Positions 1-16,581 of a stretch of 64,000 nucleotides of DNA are shown here, in pieces. The DNA is from the human T2T-CHM13v2.0 reference genome, Homo sapiens: the NCBI RefSeq assembly GCF_009914755.1, contig NC_060930.1; one strand, written 5' to 3'. Below the pieces are notes generated by a model. It was not told the origin of the DNA. It saw only the letters and a list, made by a program, of their open reading frames with translations, and did not search any database. How positions within the stretch are numbered: the first letter of the stretch is position 1; every line of letters starts with the position of its first letter. The translations under genes were made by a program, and so were the position numbers.

Positions 1-545
1 TCTTCTTAGCATGGAAGATATGTATCCTGAAACAGAAAACGGTGCCATTTAAAGGCCTTACTAGTATTCATCACACTTGACAGGACCCTTTCCAGTAAAA
101 TTTCAGCAATGTCCTCCATTGAGGAACTTTGGTAGTGCCAATCATTACACCATGACACTATCTAGGTCAGTTGACAGGACTTCTTCAACTTCCAAATGTC
201 ATTCTTTGACTCAACTTAGCTGTTTTATAACAGAATGCTTGCCATTGCATAGTTAATAGAGAGAACAACTAGAATTCCCATAGGCCTTTGTACTAATATT
301 GTAAGTACAAAGAATTTTCTTTTTATTTCTGTTTCTAGATCTTATGTTAATTGTACTGCGGTAAGTATCCACCTATCTATCCAGTCCAAAATAGGCCAGA
401 TTATTTTTCAAAATTTCATTTTGGTGCTCCACTAGCCCACTCCCCAGTGACTGCAGTGTGGACAGTGAAGAAATTGATGAACCTGTTGAACTGTACCAAC
501 TTGTCAATCTGTCCTATAAAGTGTGTGCCTGGTTTGTTGCTTATT
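1..545 (-). mobile_element. Degenerate ERV pol (integrase) fragment
   Basis: Minus-strand motifs GTHFIGQI, GLVEHQNEILK and a WKG-x-x-Q C-terminal segment resemble gammaretroviral-type integrase. Confidence 0.6.
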
Positions 546-1298
546 TTATTTAAAATAAATAATAAAATCTTTTAGCAGTTATTTTTCTAACAGTTCATCC
601 TTGTAGACAATTTATTATCTTGAAAAAGTAAACTTACTAGTACTTATTTATGTTAACAATATTTTACCTAAATAAAATCAACTTATATATGTGCAAAAAA
701 ATTAACGATTCCTTTTGTCATGACATCTCTTCCTACCCTGTGTGCCTGTCAAACAAAGCAACTCTCAGTATCATACAGCAGTTTTGAGAAAAATAAAGCA
801 TAAGAACCACACTAACTATTGCTAGCATCCCTGTTTTGGTCTTGTGTTCATTCAAGGGGTACACTAGCAAGATAAAGGTGGAAAACTTGGTACTACTACG
901 TATCAATCTAGAGATGCTAAAGATGATCTGGGTGCAAACAAAAGCCTGTCAGTATCCACAGTTCAGAATTTTGGATTTGACCTTAAGGAGGTGTCTAGTC
1001 AATTGTTAGAATAAGAAAAAAGGTATCAGCTAGTAAAAAATAATCTAAGCCATAGCTATATAATTAACCAGAAGAAAATACTTTATAATAACCACAGCAG
1101 AAGATAATATAAGGATTATTCGAAATTTTTGAGTTTTTCCAGAAGTGAGGAATCTTTATTGCTATTACAAGTTCTAAAGCTATGAAAAACAAAAAAGCAT
1201 AACAAGAATCAGTTCTAAAAGCAACTGGTTCTTCCACTGAGGCAAAATACATAGACATGGGTTTATTTTCTCTCCAGAACAGGACTTAAACACTTAAT

Positions 1299-1600
1299 TC
1301 TTTTTTTTTCTTTTCTTTTTTTCTTTTATTTTTTTTGAGACAGAGTCTCACTCTGTTGCCAGGCTGGAGTGCAGTGGCGTGATCTTGTCTAACTGCAACC
1401 TCTGTCTCCTGGGTTCAAGCTATTCTCCTGCCTCAGCCTCCGGGAGTAGCTGGGACTACAGGTGCCCGCCACCACTCCCAGCTAGTTTTTGTATTTTTAG
1501 TGGAGATGGGGTTTCACCATGTTTGCTAGGATGGTCTCGATCTCTTGACCTCGGCCTCCCAAAGTGCTGGGATTACAGGCGTGAGCCACCGTGCCCAGCC
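1299..1600 (-). mobile_element. Alu (S-type)
   Basis: Poly-T followed by the Alu consensus. Confidence 0.9.
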
Positions 1601-1706
1601 TCCTAAATTATTTTAACTGTCCACATTTCCTTCAGTGGTATTGCTGATACTAATTGCAATATCATTAATATTGACCATGGTTTTTTCACTTGTAGACTTA
1701 TAGCCA

Positions 1707-1875
1707 TGACCTAGATAGTGCTATGGTGCAAAGACTGGCTCCACCCAAAGTTCCTCAATGGAGGACATTGCTGAAATCTTACTGGAAAGGGTCCTATCAA
1801 CTCTGATGAATACTAATATGGCCTTTAAATGGCACAGGCTTCTGTTGAGGATACATATCCTCCATGGTAAGAAGA
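1707..1875 (+). mobile_element. ERV integrase C-terminal fragment; inverted copy of 1-169
   Basis: YWKGSYQ...IHILHGKK across a frameshift; reverse complement of the window start. Confidence 0.6.
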
Positions 1876-2659
1876 AATTGATCCTGTTCATCTGTTTATT
1901 GTTGTGATTTTTCCTTAGTAACTTTACACCATCAGAAACCAATTTGTGTTCCCATATGGGCAATTAATTGGAGTGTTTATCTAGATAGACTCTAGACCTA
2001 ATTCCTTCCAAAGGGCCCACCTTCTAATCCTATAATATTGGGGCTTAGTATTTAACATATGATTAGGAGGGAACACAAACATTTAGTCTATAACATCTTT
2101 TTCGGAGACACATCTGTTCAAGCCCTTTGCCCATTTTTTAATCAGGTTATTTGTTTGTTTGGTTGGTTGTTTTGCTCTTGAGTTGTATGAGTTCCTTATA
2201 CATTTTTGAAATTAGCCCCTTATCAAATATATGGTTTGCAAATATTTTCTTCCATTCTGCAGGTTATCTTTTCATTCTGTTTATTGTTTTCTTTGCTATG
2301 CAAAAGCTTTTTAATTTCGCTTATGCTGAGTGAAATAAGCCAGTTACAGGAAGACAAATATTGCAGAATTCCTCTTATATGAGGTAACTAAAATACTCAA
2401 GCTCATAGAAGCAGAGAATACAATAGTAGTTAACAAGAGTTGGGGGCTGGGGGAAATGGAGCGCTGTCACTGAAAGGGTATAAAGTGTTAGTTATGCTGG
2501 ATGAATAAGTTCTAGAGATCTGCTATTTAACATAGTGCCTATAGTTAACAAAATAATGTTGTGCACTTCAAAATTTGTTTAGACTTTTTTTGTGGCCTAA
2601 CATCTCATCTGTCCTGGAGAAAGTTCAATGTGTGCTTGAGAAGAATGTGTATTATATCT

Positions 2660-5645
<2,986 letters not shown>

Positions 5646-7882
5646 CAATAATTTAAAAAATCATAGGATGGAACAAGGTTCTTATATTTATGGGAGGATC
5701 AGGATAAATCTTCAAATACCTTCTAGAGGTATAGTTGAGGTGAGATATGTACTGAAAGCAAAAATGGAGGCTGGGAACTAAACACCAGGCATTTCCTGTG
5801 CATGTGTCTATTCAACAATCATGCCAATCGACATTTCTTTCACTGCCTCCCACCCAAATGCAGAGAGTGCATCTGTATTGTGACCAAACAGAGAAGAGGT
5901 TGTAAAAAGTAGGGCTACCCTGACATTTATTCACCAATATCCATGAATAAATAAATATGTACACATGAATTTATAGATATATACATCCATACTTACATAA
6001 ACAATTTTAAAAGTGTCCATTTTTACTTCAAGAGAACTAAGGATACTTTTGTAGACATTAGGGCAGATAAAAGATGGTAATAAAGAAAAGGGAAATGAGA
6101 AGGAAACATTTCTGTAAGTGCAAGTGTTGGGGAGAAGGAGTGGGAGCTGGGGGGAAGCTGAGAATTGTATTTTGTGACAAAGAGCATGGTTCATGGACAG
6201 TAGCACATGTGAGTCATGGAAGGACAATAAGATAGGGAGAATCAGCCAAGATGGCGCTCCAGCCAGGGTTACCAGTGTCTAGACAGAAAGCAAAGTAATA
6301 GCTCAGCAGCCGCATTGAATGGGAACAGTGAATAGTGTGAAAATGAGAAAATATTGGGGCAAGGCCACTGATTCCCACAGGATGCTCTAGTAAAGCTCTT
6401 GACTAGGCCTCCAAATTAAACATATGGCTGAGGCTAGCCCCTTCTCACTCAATGGACTCCAGTATTTGGTGAGGAAATGAGGAAAAGAGAGGTCCCGAAG
6501 CAAGTAATTGTATGAAATATCAGGATCCAGTTTTGACAAGACTGTTTGTGGATATACCAGAAGAGCAGGAGAGAGTTCCAGAAGACCCAAACATCCAGCA
6601 TCCAGAAGGTCTTTTGAAACTGGTAATTAAATTATGAAGTGAGGACTGATGGGCATCATTGAGAACATGATTTGGGAGCCGTTTAACCCCTTGCTCACTA
6701 GTCAGTTCATCCTCTTGTTTTCTACAAAAATGTAGTTATCTGCTTCTGCATAGGAGAAGTTGTTGTGGGAGCCACACAGAGCAGTAACAGTCAGCGGTAA
6801 TCTGGTGAAAACAATTTTGTAGAAGGGATTGTCCCTCCTTCACATATTTCCATATATAAATCCTCACAGTCAGAAAAATATTCTTAATATCTATCTCGTA
6901 TCTTTGCCGCACTTTGAATTCGGTAAATTTTAACTGAGGATCCACCATATGCACGTGTGCATACGCATGCAATCTAGGTGGGGATATTCAATCACAAAAA
7001 GTGTGTTCAGTGCTTCCTTTGTGCAAAAGATTCTTCTAATGCTGGGGATACAAAGATTCACATGAATTAGATCCTACTTTTAAGTAGATCCTACACAGAC
7101 AAAAGAGCGCATAGTAGTAACAGACATATAAAATTCATATAAAAATGTCACAAGATCTACAACAGACATATCTATAAAAAACAATCAAACACAATTTGGT
7201 GTTATTAATTTTTAAGACAAAAATTTTAAAACAAAAATGGTTAAAATTAAGTAGAAACTTATATTTACAACAAGAAGGAAGCATTTGTATAGATGTAAGT
7301 TCCAGAGGAAGTGAAACTCAGAACACAGAGGAAGGGTTACGTTTCAGGTTGGCTAGAAACTCGCTGGGGAACAGGAACTATCATGAATAACGTGTGTGCA
7401 GGAAGCAGGAGGAGTCAGGAAACGGAAATAGAGATAGAGGGGAGTCTGTTAGACTAGAATTGAAAGGCTCCCTTAAATAATGCTGGGAGATCAGAGTGGA
7501 TGTGCAGAGCTGAAGTTCTAAGAAAGGCATTGAAAATTTGGCAAAGATGTTACATCTTTTAGAAAGATGTGGATGGACGCAGGAAAAAATATCAAGCAGT
7601 AAAACTTTTACAATCCAAGGTTAGTTATGAGGGATTGGACACAGAGATCAGTGTGGTGACAACAGAAATGGATGATGGGAATACCATGCTCCTTTTGCAT
7701 TTCCAGATGTGCATTAGAATTGGTATTTGATGAATAAGGGAGGAACGGAAGGTCTTTTAGAAGGAATATATTTTCTTTCCTTTTGTAGGTAACACCCAAA
7801 GGGATCAATCTTCCTATCCATCTGTGTGTTGGTTCTTTCTTTCTGGTTGAGACATTTTGTAGAAAAAAGAGAGAAATTTACT

Positions 7883-7996
7883 GGAAATCCCCATCCCTTC
7901 ACAAACAGTTGTTGCTGTTTTTTTTCTATAACCAATAGGGATAAAGACTGAAGCAACATCACTTATCTCCGGCAGATACATCTGACCAGAAGGTCT
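7883..7996 (-). promoter_or_regulatory. Distal S-X-Y-like module A with adjacent NF-kB site
   Basis: ggaaatcccc 7883-7892; aaccaatagg 7930-7939; catcacttatctccggcag; gaaggtct. Confidence 0.7.
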
Positions 7997-8548
7997 TATA
8001 TAAAGTCTTGGAGAGAAGGTGCAGGAGAACAGGATGACTAAATTAGGTGTTGATAAGAAAGGCTGATAACTTCCTTTGTGGAATAAATTAGGACATAAGT
8101 AGTTAGCAAATAAAGAATATTTGCAGAGTAAAGCAAAATGTGCAGTGAGGATTGGAGGAGCTGGGCATTTAGAGTGATAGAGACATAATGCCTGGTTTTC
8201 CATTCCTGTCCCTGGGTAGTATTAAAAGCACAAATAAAAAGCTATCCTGCTGCTATCTGCCTGCTATTCTTGTTATACAAGAGATGGAGACTGTCAGAGA
8301 GATCTATTATGCCAACTCTGATTGCCATAGGTTTATGCACAGACAAATGAAGGGAAAATAAAATGATGAGTTATTGTTTATTTTACACCAGGCACTGAAT
8401 TTTCTACTTCCAGACACTTTGTTTCATTTGATTCTCATCATAACCCTGCAGTGGATGTATGTATCACACTATGTTTTCACTTAACTGCTATATCCCCAAC
8501 ACATTCAATAATGTCCATCACTTATAGTATTTAATAAATATTGATAAT

Positions 8549-8894
<346 letters not shown>

Positions 8895-10383
8895 TTACAT
8901 TTTTAACATTGTATAGTGACATAGAACACACATATAGTAAGACATGTAAAGCATAAATGTACAACTTAATCAATCATTACAGTGCCAACATCCATGAACC
9001 CACCACCCAAATCAAGAAACAGCATGAGGCCAGCACCAGAAGCTCTCCCCTGCTTCCTCCTGTCTACATTGCTCTCCCTTCCCATCAAGACAACTCACCA
9101 TCAGACTTCCATAGCAATCCCTTCATTGCTTTTCAATACGCCTTCAAAATCTAATATTTATTCCTAAACATGCTTAGTAACATTATACAAATTAAACTAT
9201 ACAGTATGTTCTCTTTTGTGCCTATTTTGTGATCTATTTCGTGATTGTCAATTTAGTGACCCGGAAAGAATCAGCCTGTCAATAAATGCTGCTGGATCAG
9301 TTGTATATCCTTACTGAAAAAAAAAGAAAGAAAGAAATTTGACACCTATCTCACTTTATACACAAAATTAATTCCAGTAGAAAACATATCTATCTATAAA
9401 AATCAATACAATAAAACTTCTAGAAGACGATATTAGAGAATATCTTCCTGACCTTGAAGTAGAAAAAGATTTTTAAAATAGAATCCAAAACTCAGAATCA
9501 TAAGAAAAAGGTTCATCAGTGGTCACAAATATAATGTATCTAAAACAGGGACAGTAAGAAATTACTGGGCATAACTAGCAGGTGCCATGGGATGTGCCTG
9601 GAAAGCTTCTCATGACGACCTACCATGAGCCTATCACACTCGTGCCAGGAGCCTCTCACCAGGGGCTTCAGTGTTTGTGGTTAGGAAAACAGAAATAAGA
9701 ACAACAGCGGAATGCACCCTTAAGTACTTTGGAAGTCACAGAAGGGAAAAGGGCAGGAAAATCGGAAACATCGGCACACATGTTAATGAATGTTTGTTGT
9801 AGTTAAATTGAAGTTGAAGGAGAAGATGGAGTGAAGGACACTGGAAGCGGGGGCTCCAGGAATAGTCCTGTGATTCGGCTGGTATTTCTTGTATATAGTT
9901 CCAGTTCTTGTCAAACTTTTTGGTCACTAAACTGTTCCTTTCTATATGTTAAGGCAAGTTTCACCTCCTTTCTGACTTTAGAATAAGTTGGTAGAGGTCT
10001 TCACAGAGTGACAAACACCCATTGTCTTCTTTAGGAAGGCGATTAACTAAAACATGCACATACTTCCATAAGAAGCACAGAGTATAACTGATTATAACTG
10101 ATGATATTCAAAGAGCAAATGCTTATTGAACGTCTCCCATGTTTCAAAGAGTGCGGTAGGAGCTAAGGTTCCAGGGTGAAGATCTCATGAAGATCAATAT
10201 ATACCAGGAAAAAAAGACATATACAGCATACACTCCATACACCAGGAACTTTCTGCACTATTCTCTCCTCAGTTCCTAGAAAAATACCGGGTTCAAAATA
10301 GTTATTAATAGTTGTTGAATTAATAAACAATATATTAAGTATAAATATAAACATTTATAAATTGCAATGAAAATACAAATGGG

Positions 10384-10800
<417 letters not shown>

Positions 10801-11504
10801 TCAAGAATAGCAGATAAAGGATATATTCATACAGACTGGAGTATTTGGAGAAAACTTGAAAATATAGTTCGTTTGCAGAAGTAAGACTTGAAGCAGAGAA
10901 GAGGAGGAAATGATTCCGAGGAACAGCAGTGGGAAACGAACCATCATGAACTGCATGAGTGAGAGCAGTACTGGCAGCGGGGGTGGGACAGGGAGTGGGT
11001 TGATTTAGGGAAAAGCCCAGATTGACTGGAGTGAACATGTAGATTAAAGAATAGTATAGGATAAGAGAAGATGCACAGAGAGGACCTGTTTTTATGAGAG
11101 GCCTTAGAAGCTGAGCAGTCACTTCTTAGGAAGGTGATGAACTGAAGTGTGCAAATGTAAAACAGCAAAATCATCTGTTGGTAAGGCAAGTGTCATATAG
11201 GTACAGGAGGAGCATCAAGGCTGGGGAGGTGACAGTGAGACTAGGGTACTGGTTTTACTGAGTGCCTTGTGTCCTTCCAAGCTTGTGCAAATTATTACTA
11301 TCTAATGGGTAGAAAGAGAAAATGTGGAATTTTTTTAGACCTCTTTTCTTCTTTCAGAGATAGCATCCAAAGACTGAGTTCTCAAACCCCCAGGTTGGTT
11401 ATCTATCCTGGTTCCCAGACTCTGTGCTTTAAGATGAAGCAGGTCAGTTTTCTGGACAAAGGGACTTTATAAAAATCTCCATTACTTATCAGTTTTCTTC
11501 CTAT

Positions 11505-11545
11505 GCAACCACTGAGTGAAGTAACATCATTTGTCTCCAGCAAAT
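11505..11545 (-). promoter_or_regulatory. Degenerate X-Y-like module B
   Basis: aaccact...catcatttgtctccagca with a shortened X-Y spacer. Confidence 0.5.
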
Positions 11546-12335
11546 AACACTACTTCAATAGTCCTAGCATTAGTCTGGTTTCGAGACCCTGTGAAAACGT
11601 GGAGTAGGGGCAAATTATTAGTTATGTGGTGCGAGAAAGATATAATACCTGAAATTTGTCGAAAGAAACAGGTGATAGCTGTGTGGATTGCCAAGAACTC
11701 TCCCCTTTTCAAGTAAGATCCAGCATGCTTAATGAATGTAGAGCGTGAATCAGGATACTTGTTCTTTTTCAGACATAGGTGGAAAGTCCCTGCCCAGGAC
11801 TAAATGAAAAGAAAATTGCTTTAATGCTAGGATCTCATCACTGGTAGAAAACTAAAATCTGTGGTAGGGACAAAATTGAAAGGAAAGAAGAAACAGATTG
11901 ATTAAGGGTCATCTCCCCACCTGCTGGTTATAAGAACATGCAGGGACAATGATGGAAAAGAGAATCAATGGTTCCAGGGTCTGGTTAGCTATTTTTCAAT
12001 TATCTCATTTAATCTTTATAACAACTCTGAAAATAATCTTTTGTACCCCTTTTGGAGGTGATGGTAGAAACATGGGAATTACACCCTGACTTGAAAAAGA
12101 TAACATTTATTCCTTTGGGGGAACATTAAAAAGTTAATACTGCTGCATTTGTGCAAATCATTCTTCAAGGTTATGCATTATTAGGATAAATAGGATCTGC
12201 AGATCTTGTTTCCTAGGAGTTCAAAGCCAACATAAACTTGCTATAATACACTGCAACAAGCGCTACAATTGATTGGTTTATAAAATACAATAAGAGCACA
12301 AATTTGTGGGTTTTCAAACATGAGCCAAATTGTTA

Positions 12336-12657
<322 letters not shown>

Positions 12658-13242
12658 TTACACACCTACATGAACCTTAAAAATTAAAGATTGGAGCTCT
12701 CTATGTGCATGAGATAGTAACACTCATTAAAAAGGGCAAGTTTGGTTAATTAAGACAGTAGAAGGGGTAGAGAAAATATAATGAAACGATATGTAAGGGA
12801 AACGAAGGATGAAAGATGCAGGCCGGGAGAGGAGTACTGTCTGATGGGAGTGAAGATTCTTCCTTCAGGAATGGAAGGGGATGCACAGAGTGAAGCCACC
12901 CAACAAAAACAAGACTTGTATAGCTACAGATGGAAGGGAAATCAACCAGGAAATTATTTTGGAAATCCCAGTGTAGTTACAAGACTAGGAAGTAATGGTT
13001 AGAATGAAGAGGTTGGATTTACTGAGCACTAATATTCTCATAATCATGCTAGGAAATATCACTTGATAAAGAGAGAAAGATGAGTCGTTTTAGAAGGAAT
13101 ACATCTCTCTTTTCAGAGGCAGTACCCACAGACAGTTCTCAAACCCAGAATCTGCCTCATCAGTCTCAGTTCAGGTTACTTCTTTTTGGGGAAGGCATTC
13201 CAGCTTCTTGCACTAGGCATTTCAAGAAAGAAAAGCATTCCT

Positions 13243-13345
13243 GGAAATCCCCAACCTGTCACAGGCATGTTTCTTCAACCAATAGGAATAGAGAATGAGG
13301 CAGCATCACTTGTCTCCAGCAGATATGTCTGCTAAGAAGGTCTGA
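13243..13345 (-). promoter_or_regulatory. Distal S-X-Y-like module C with adjacent NF-kB site
   Basis: ggaaatcccc 13243-13252; aaccaatagg; gcatcacttgtctccagcag; gaaggtct. Confidence 0.75.
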
Positions 13346-14369
13346 TCTGATCTCATGTCTTGGGGAGGAGGCAGGGAAGGAGCAGGATGACTCATAAGTA
13401 GTGAGAAGAATGGCTACGATGTAGTTTCACGGAAAGAAATAAGATACTCCATGTGGAGAGACAAGATACCATATTTTGTAGTTGTGAAGCAGAGTAAAGA
13501 CTGAGACTCTTAGTATTTAGTGTTGGTGGGGGAGAAGAGGTTACCTGATATTTTTCATGCCTCTGTGGGAAGTCCCTGGTGAGTTTTAAAAGGGAAGGGC
13601 ATGACTATGACGCTGGATTCTCTCTGCTAGTGATGCATGAGCACCTGTGGTGAACGAGATGGAAATGGTGAAGAAGCCCATGACCCCACCTGCTGATTGT
13701 CATAGGACAATTTGAGGGAAAGTCACATTATTATGTACTGATTATTTTGTTCTAGCAAAGTAGTACTTCTGGGTGTATTATCTCAATTAATCATTATTTT
13801 TGTTAACTGCTGAATGTTTAGTTCCCAGCACTCAATAGATATTTGTAAAATTAACAAATATATAAGTAGGTTACTAAGAATTAGCAATTTTAGGAGATCA
13901 CTAAGAATTAGTGATTTTAAAGAGTGATTTTAAGAAATTGTAGTGATTTAAGAGATAATTATGAGGATTAAAATCCCGTTCTGCCTAAACTCAAAGCCCA
14001 GGAATTAAAATTATTAGTTTATTTGAGATCAGCAGGGTATCTAAAGTAAAATTCCAATACCCCTCTCATAAAAAGTCATATTTTACTTTATCAGAGCTCC
14101 TTGGGGCTCAGTTAGTGAATATAGTTACATAGTAGAATGGGAATAAAAACACGGTATTCATGGTCATGAGGTCAGAATTCTGGCACCCAACCCGCATCTT
14201 GGTCAAGTAATTTTCTCTTTTGAGTGTCTGTTTCTTCATCACTAAAATTAAAGGGTTGAATTGCATAATCTCTCAGGTTAATACTTAACTCATTCCTGGA
14301 CCATGATAAATACTAAAAAACATTTCATTTTTATTTCACTGTCATTAGTCATTTCAGTAACTGAAAATA

Positions 14370-16581
14370 CAGTTCACCCTGTAAACCAAAAATAAAATTT
14401 AAGCCCTTCAACCAACTAAATGGGCCCTTCTGCTTGGCCAAGGACATTTTAAAGTAATCTTGAAACACTAGTTCAGGTCACAATGGGAAGGGGAGGTTGG
14501 ACTTGCATCACTATACCTTCCTCCCTCTAGAATCGAGGCACATCTGACCCTCATTAACACTAGAACAAAGACCTTAAGACTGACCAGACTCTTTGTAGCA
14601 ATAAGATACCAACGTGACAGATAGCATGCCCTGAAAGAAATCAAAGTATTTTATCACAAAATATATTTATTTGACATATTTTGAAATGGCCCTGCAAAGC
14701 TGTCTCTTGTGGGGAAAATCTACATTCTGTAGAAAATCTTCTTTCCTTTCCAGGTCTTTCCCTTGATCCAGGAGAGAATTATCTAAGCATCTGGCACTTT
14801 CTTTTTTTTTTCTTTTCTTTTTTTTTTTTTTTTTTTGCGACAGAGTCTCACTCTGTCACCCAGGCTGGAGTGCAGTGGCTCAATCTCGGCTCACTGCAAC
14901 CTCTGCTGCCTCCTGTGTTCTAAACAATTCTCCTGCCTCAGCCTCCCTAGTAGCTGGAATTACAGGCGCTCAACACCATGCCCGGCTAATTTTGTATTTT
15001 TAGTAGAGATGGGGTTTCACCTTGTTGGCCAGGCTGGTCTTGAACTCCTGACCTCAGGTGATCCACTGCCTCGGCCTCCCAAAGTGTTGGGATTACAGGC
15101 GTAAGCCACCACGCCTGGCCAATCTGGCACCTTTTTAAGTTTGATAAGAAACATTTACAATCTAGTCTGTCTGAAGCCTGCTACTTGGAGGCTTCATCTG
15201 CATGGTAAATAACAACCTTAGTCTCCACAACCTCTTATCTTAACCTAGACACTTCTTTCTATTGAATCCACATCTTTAGATAAATTCTCAAACAATTGCC
15301 AACCAGAAAATCTTTGAATCCACCTGTGACCTGGAAGCCCCTACTTCAAGTTGTCTCCTTTCTGGACCAAACCAATGTACATCTTACATGTATTGATTGA
15401 TGTCTTATGTCTCCCTAAAATGTATAAAACCAAGCTGTAGCCCAACCACCTTGGGCACATGTTCTCAGGATCTTCTAGAACTGTGCCAGAGGCCACTGGT
15501 CACTCATATTTGGCTCAAAATAAATCTCTTCAAATATTTTACAGAGTTTGACTCTTTTTGTCAACAACTTAATGCGGGGGTTAAGGACACCAATGCCCAA
15601 CACAGTCAAAAATCTTCATATAACTTTTGACTCCCTAAAGACTACCAATAGCCTACTGTTGACCAGAGGTTTTACCAATAACATAAACAGTCTAGTCATA
15701 CATATTTGTATGTTATATTTATTATATACTATATTCTTATAATAAAATGAGCTAGCAAAAAGGAAATATTAAGAAAATAATAAATAAAATAAAATAAATT
15801 TACAGTACTGTACTGTGTTTATCGATACTGTAAGTTTACATGAGCTGGTTTACAAGACAAACCATGTGTCTAAAATTGTGAAGAACCGCAGCTGCAGACC
15901 TCACTCTATGGTATATATCAAAGAATTCAACTTTTTCCTGTAATGCCAGGACTTTTCTCTGCTCCTTGGGAGCACTTCAGCATCACTAGTGGCACTTTGT
16001 ATAGATCCCATGATGTTATTCAAGGTTTACAACATAACGCTAAACATGAAAAATATACGAGAACCATAAGAGATCACTTTTTACTGCAATACACAATTTA
16101 TGATGATTAGCATCAGGAGGCATTTTATGCACATACTTGCAGCACTCGGACTTACCACAGCAGCAACAGAAGGTGGCTATGAAGTTATCACAGTAATGTC
16201 CTATGTATTATAGTTATTCAATGCAGTTGTGACTCAATACTGTATCTTTATGTTTGTTTACATGTCTCTCCACTGTGAATGGCATTATGTATGGTCTGTA
16301 AGTGCATAACTTTTCATAAGTTTTAATTTTTTATAACAGATTTGTGCATATTTTATGGTAGTAAATTATAAAAACATACTAGTATCTACATATGTTTTAT
16401 GAGTTCATGACATACCTAACTTTAAGAAAGTTTTCAATATTTCTAGGCTACATGATTCATCTGTGGGTTTTTTTTGCAAACTGTCATATATCTCCAAAAA
16501 ATTTCAAATATATTTATTTTTAAAAATCAACCCATAAGAGGACCCATGCAATTCAAACCTGTGTTGTTCAAAAGTGAGCTG
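14370..16581. mobile_element. Tigger2-type DNA transposon containing a MER4-like ERV1 LTR (14380-15566), which itself contains a minus-strand Alu (14797-15120)
   Basis: TIR-like ends ta|cagttcaccct and ttgttcaaaagtgagctg|ta; LTR ends tgtaaaccaaaaataaaatt and gactctttttgtcaaca. Confidence 0.7.
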
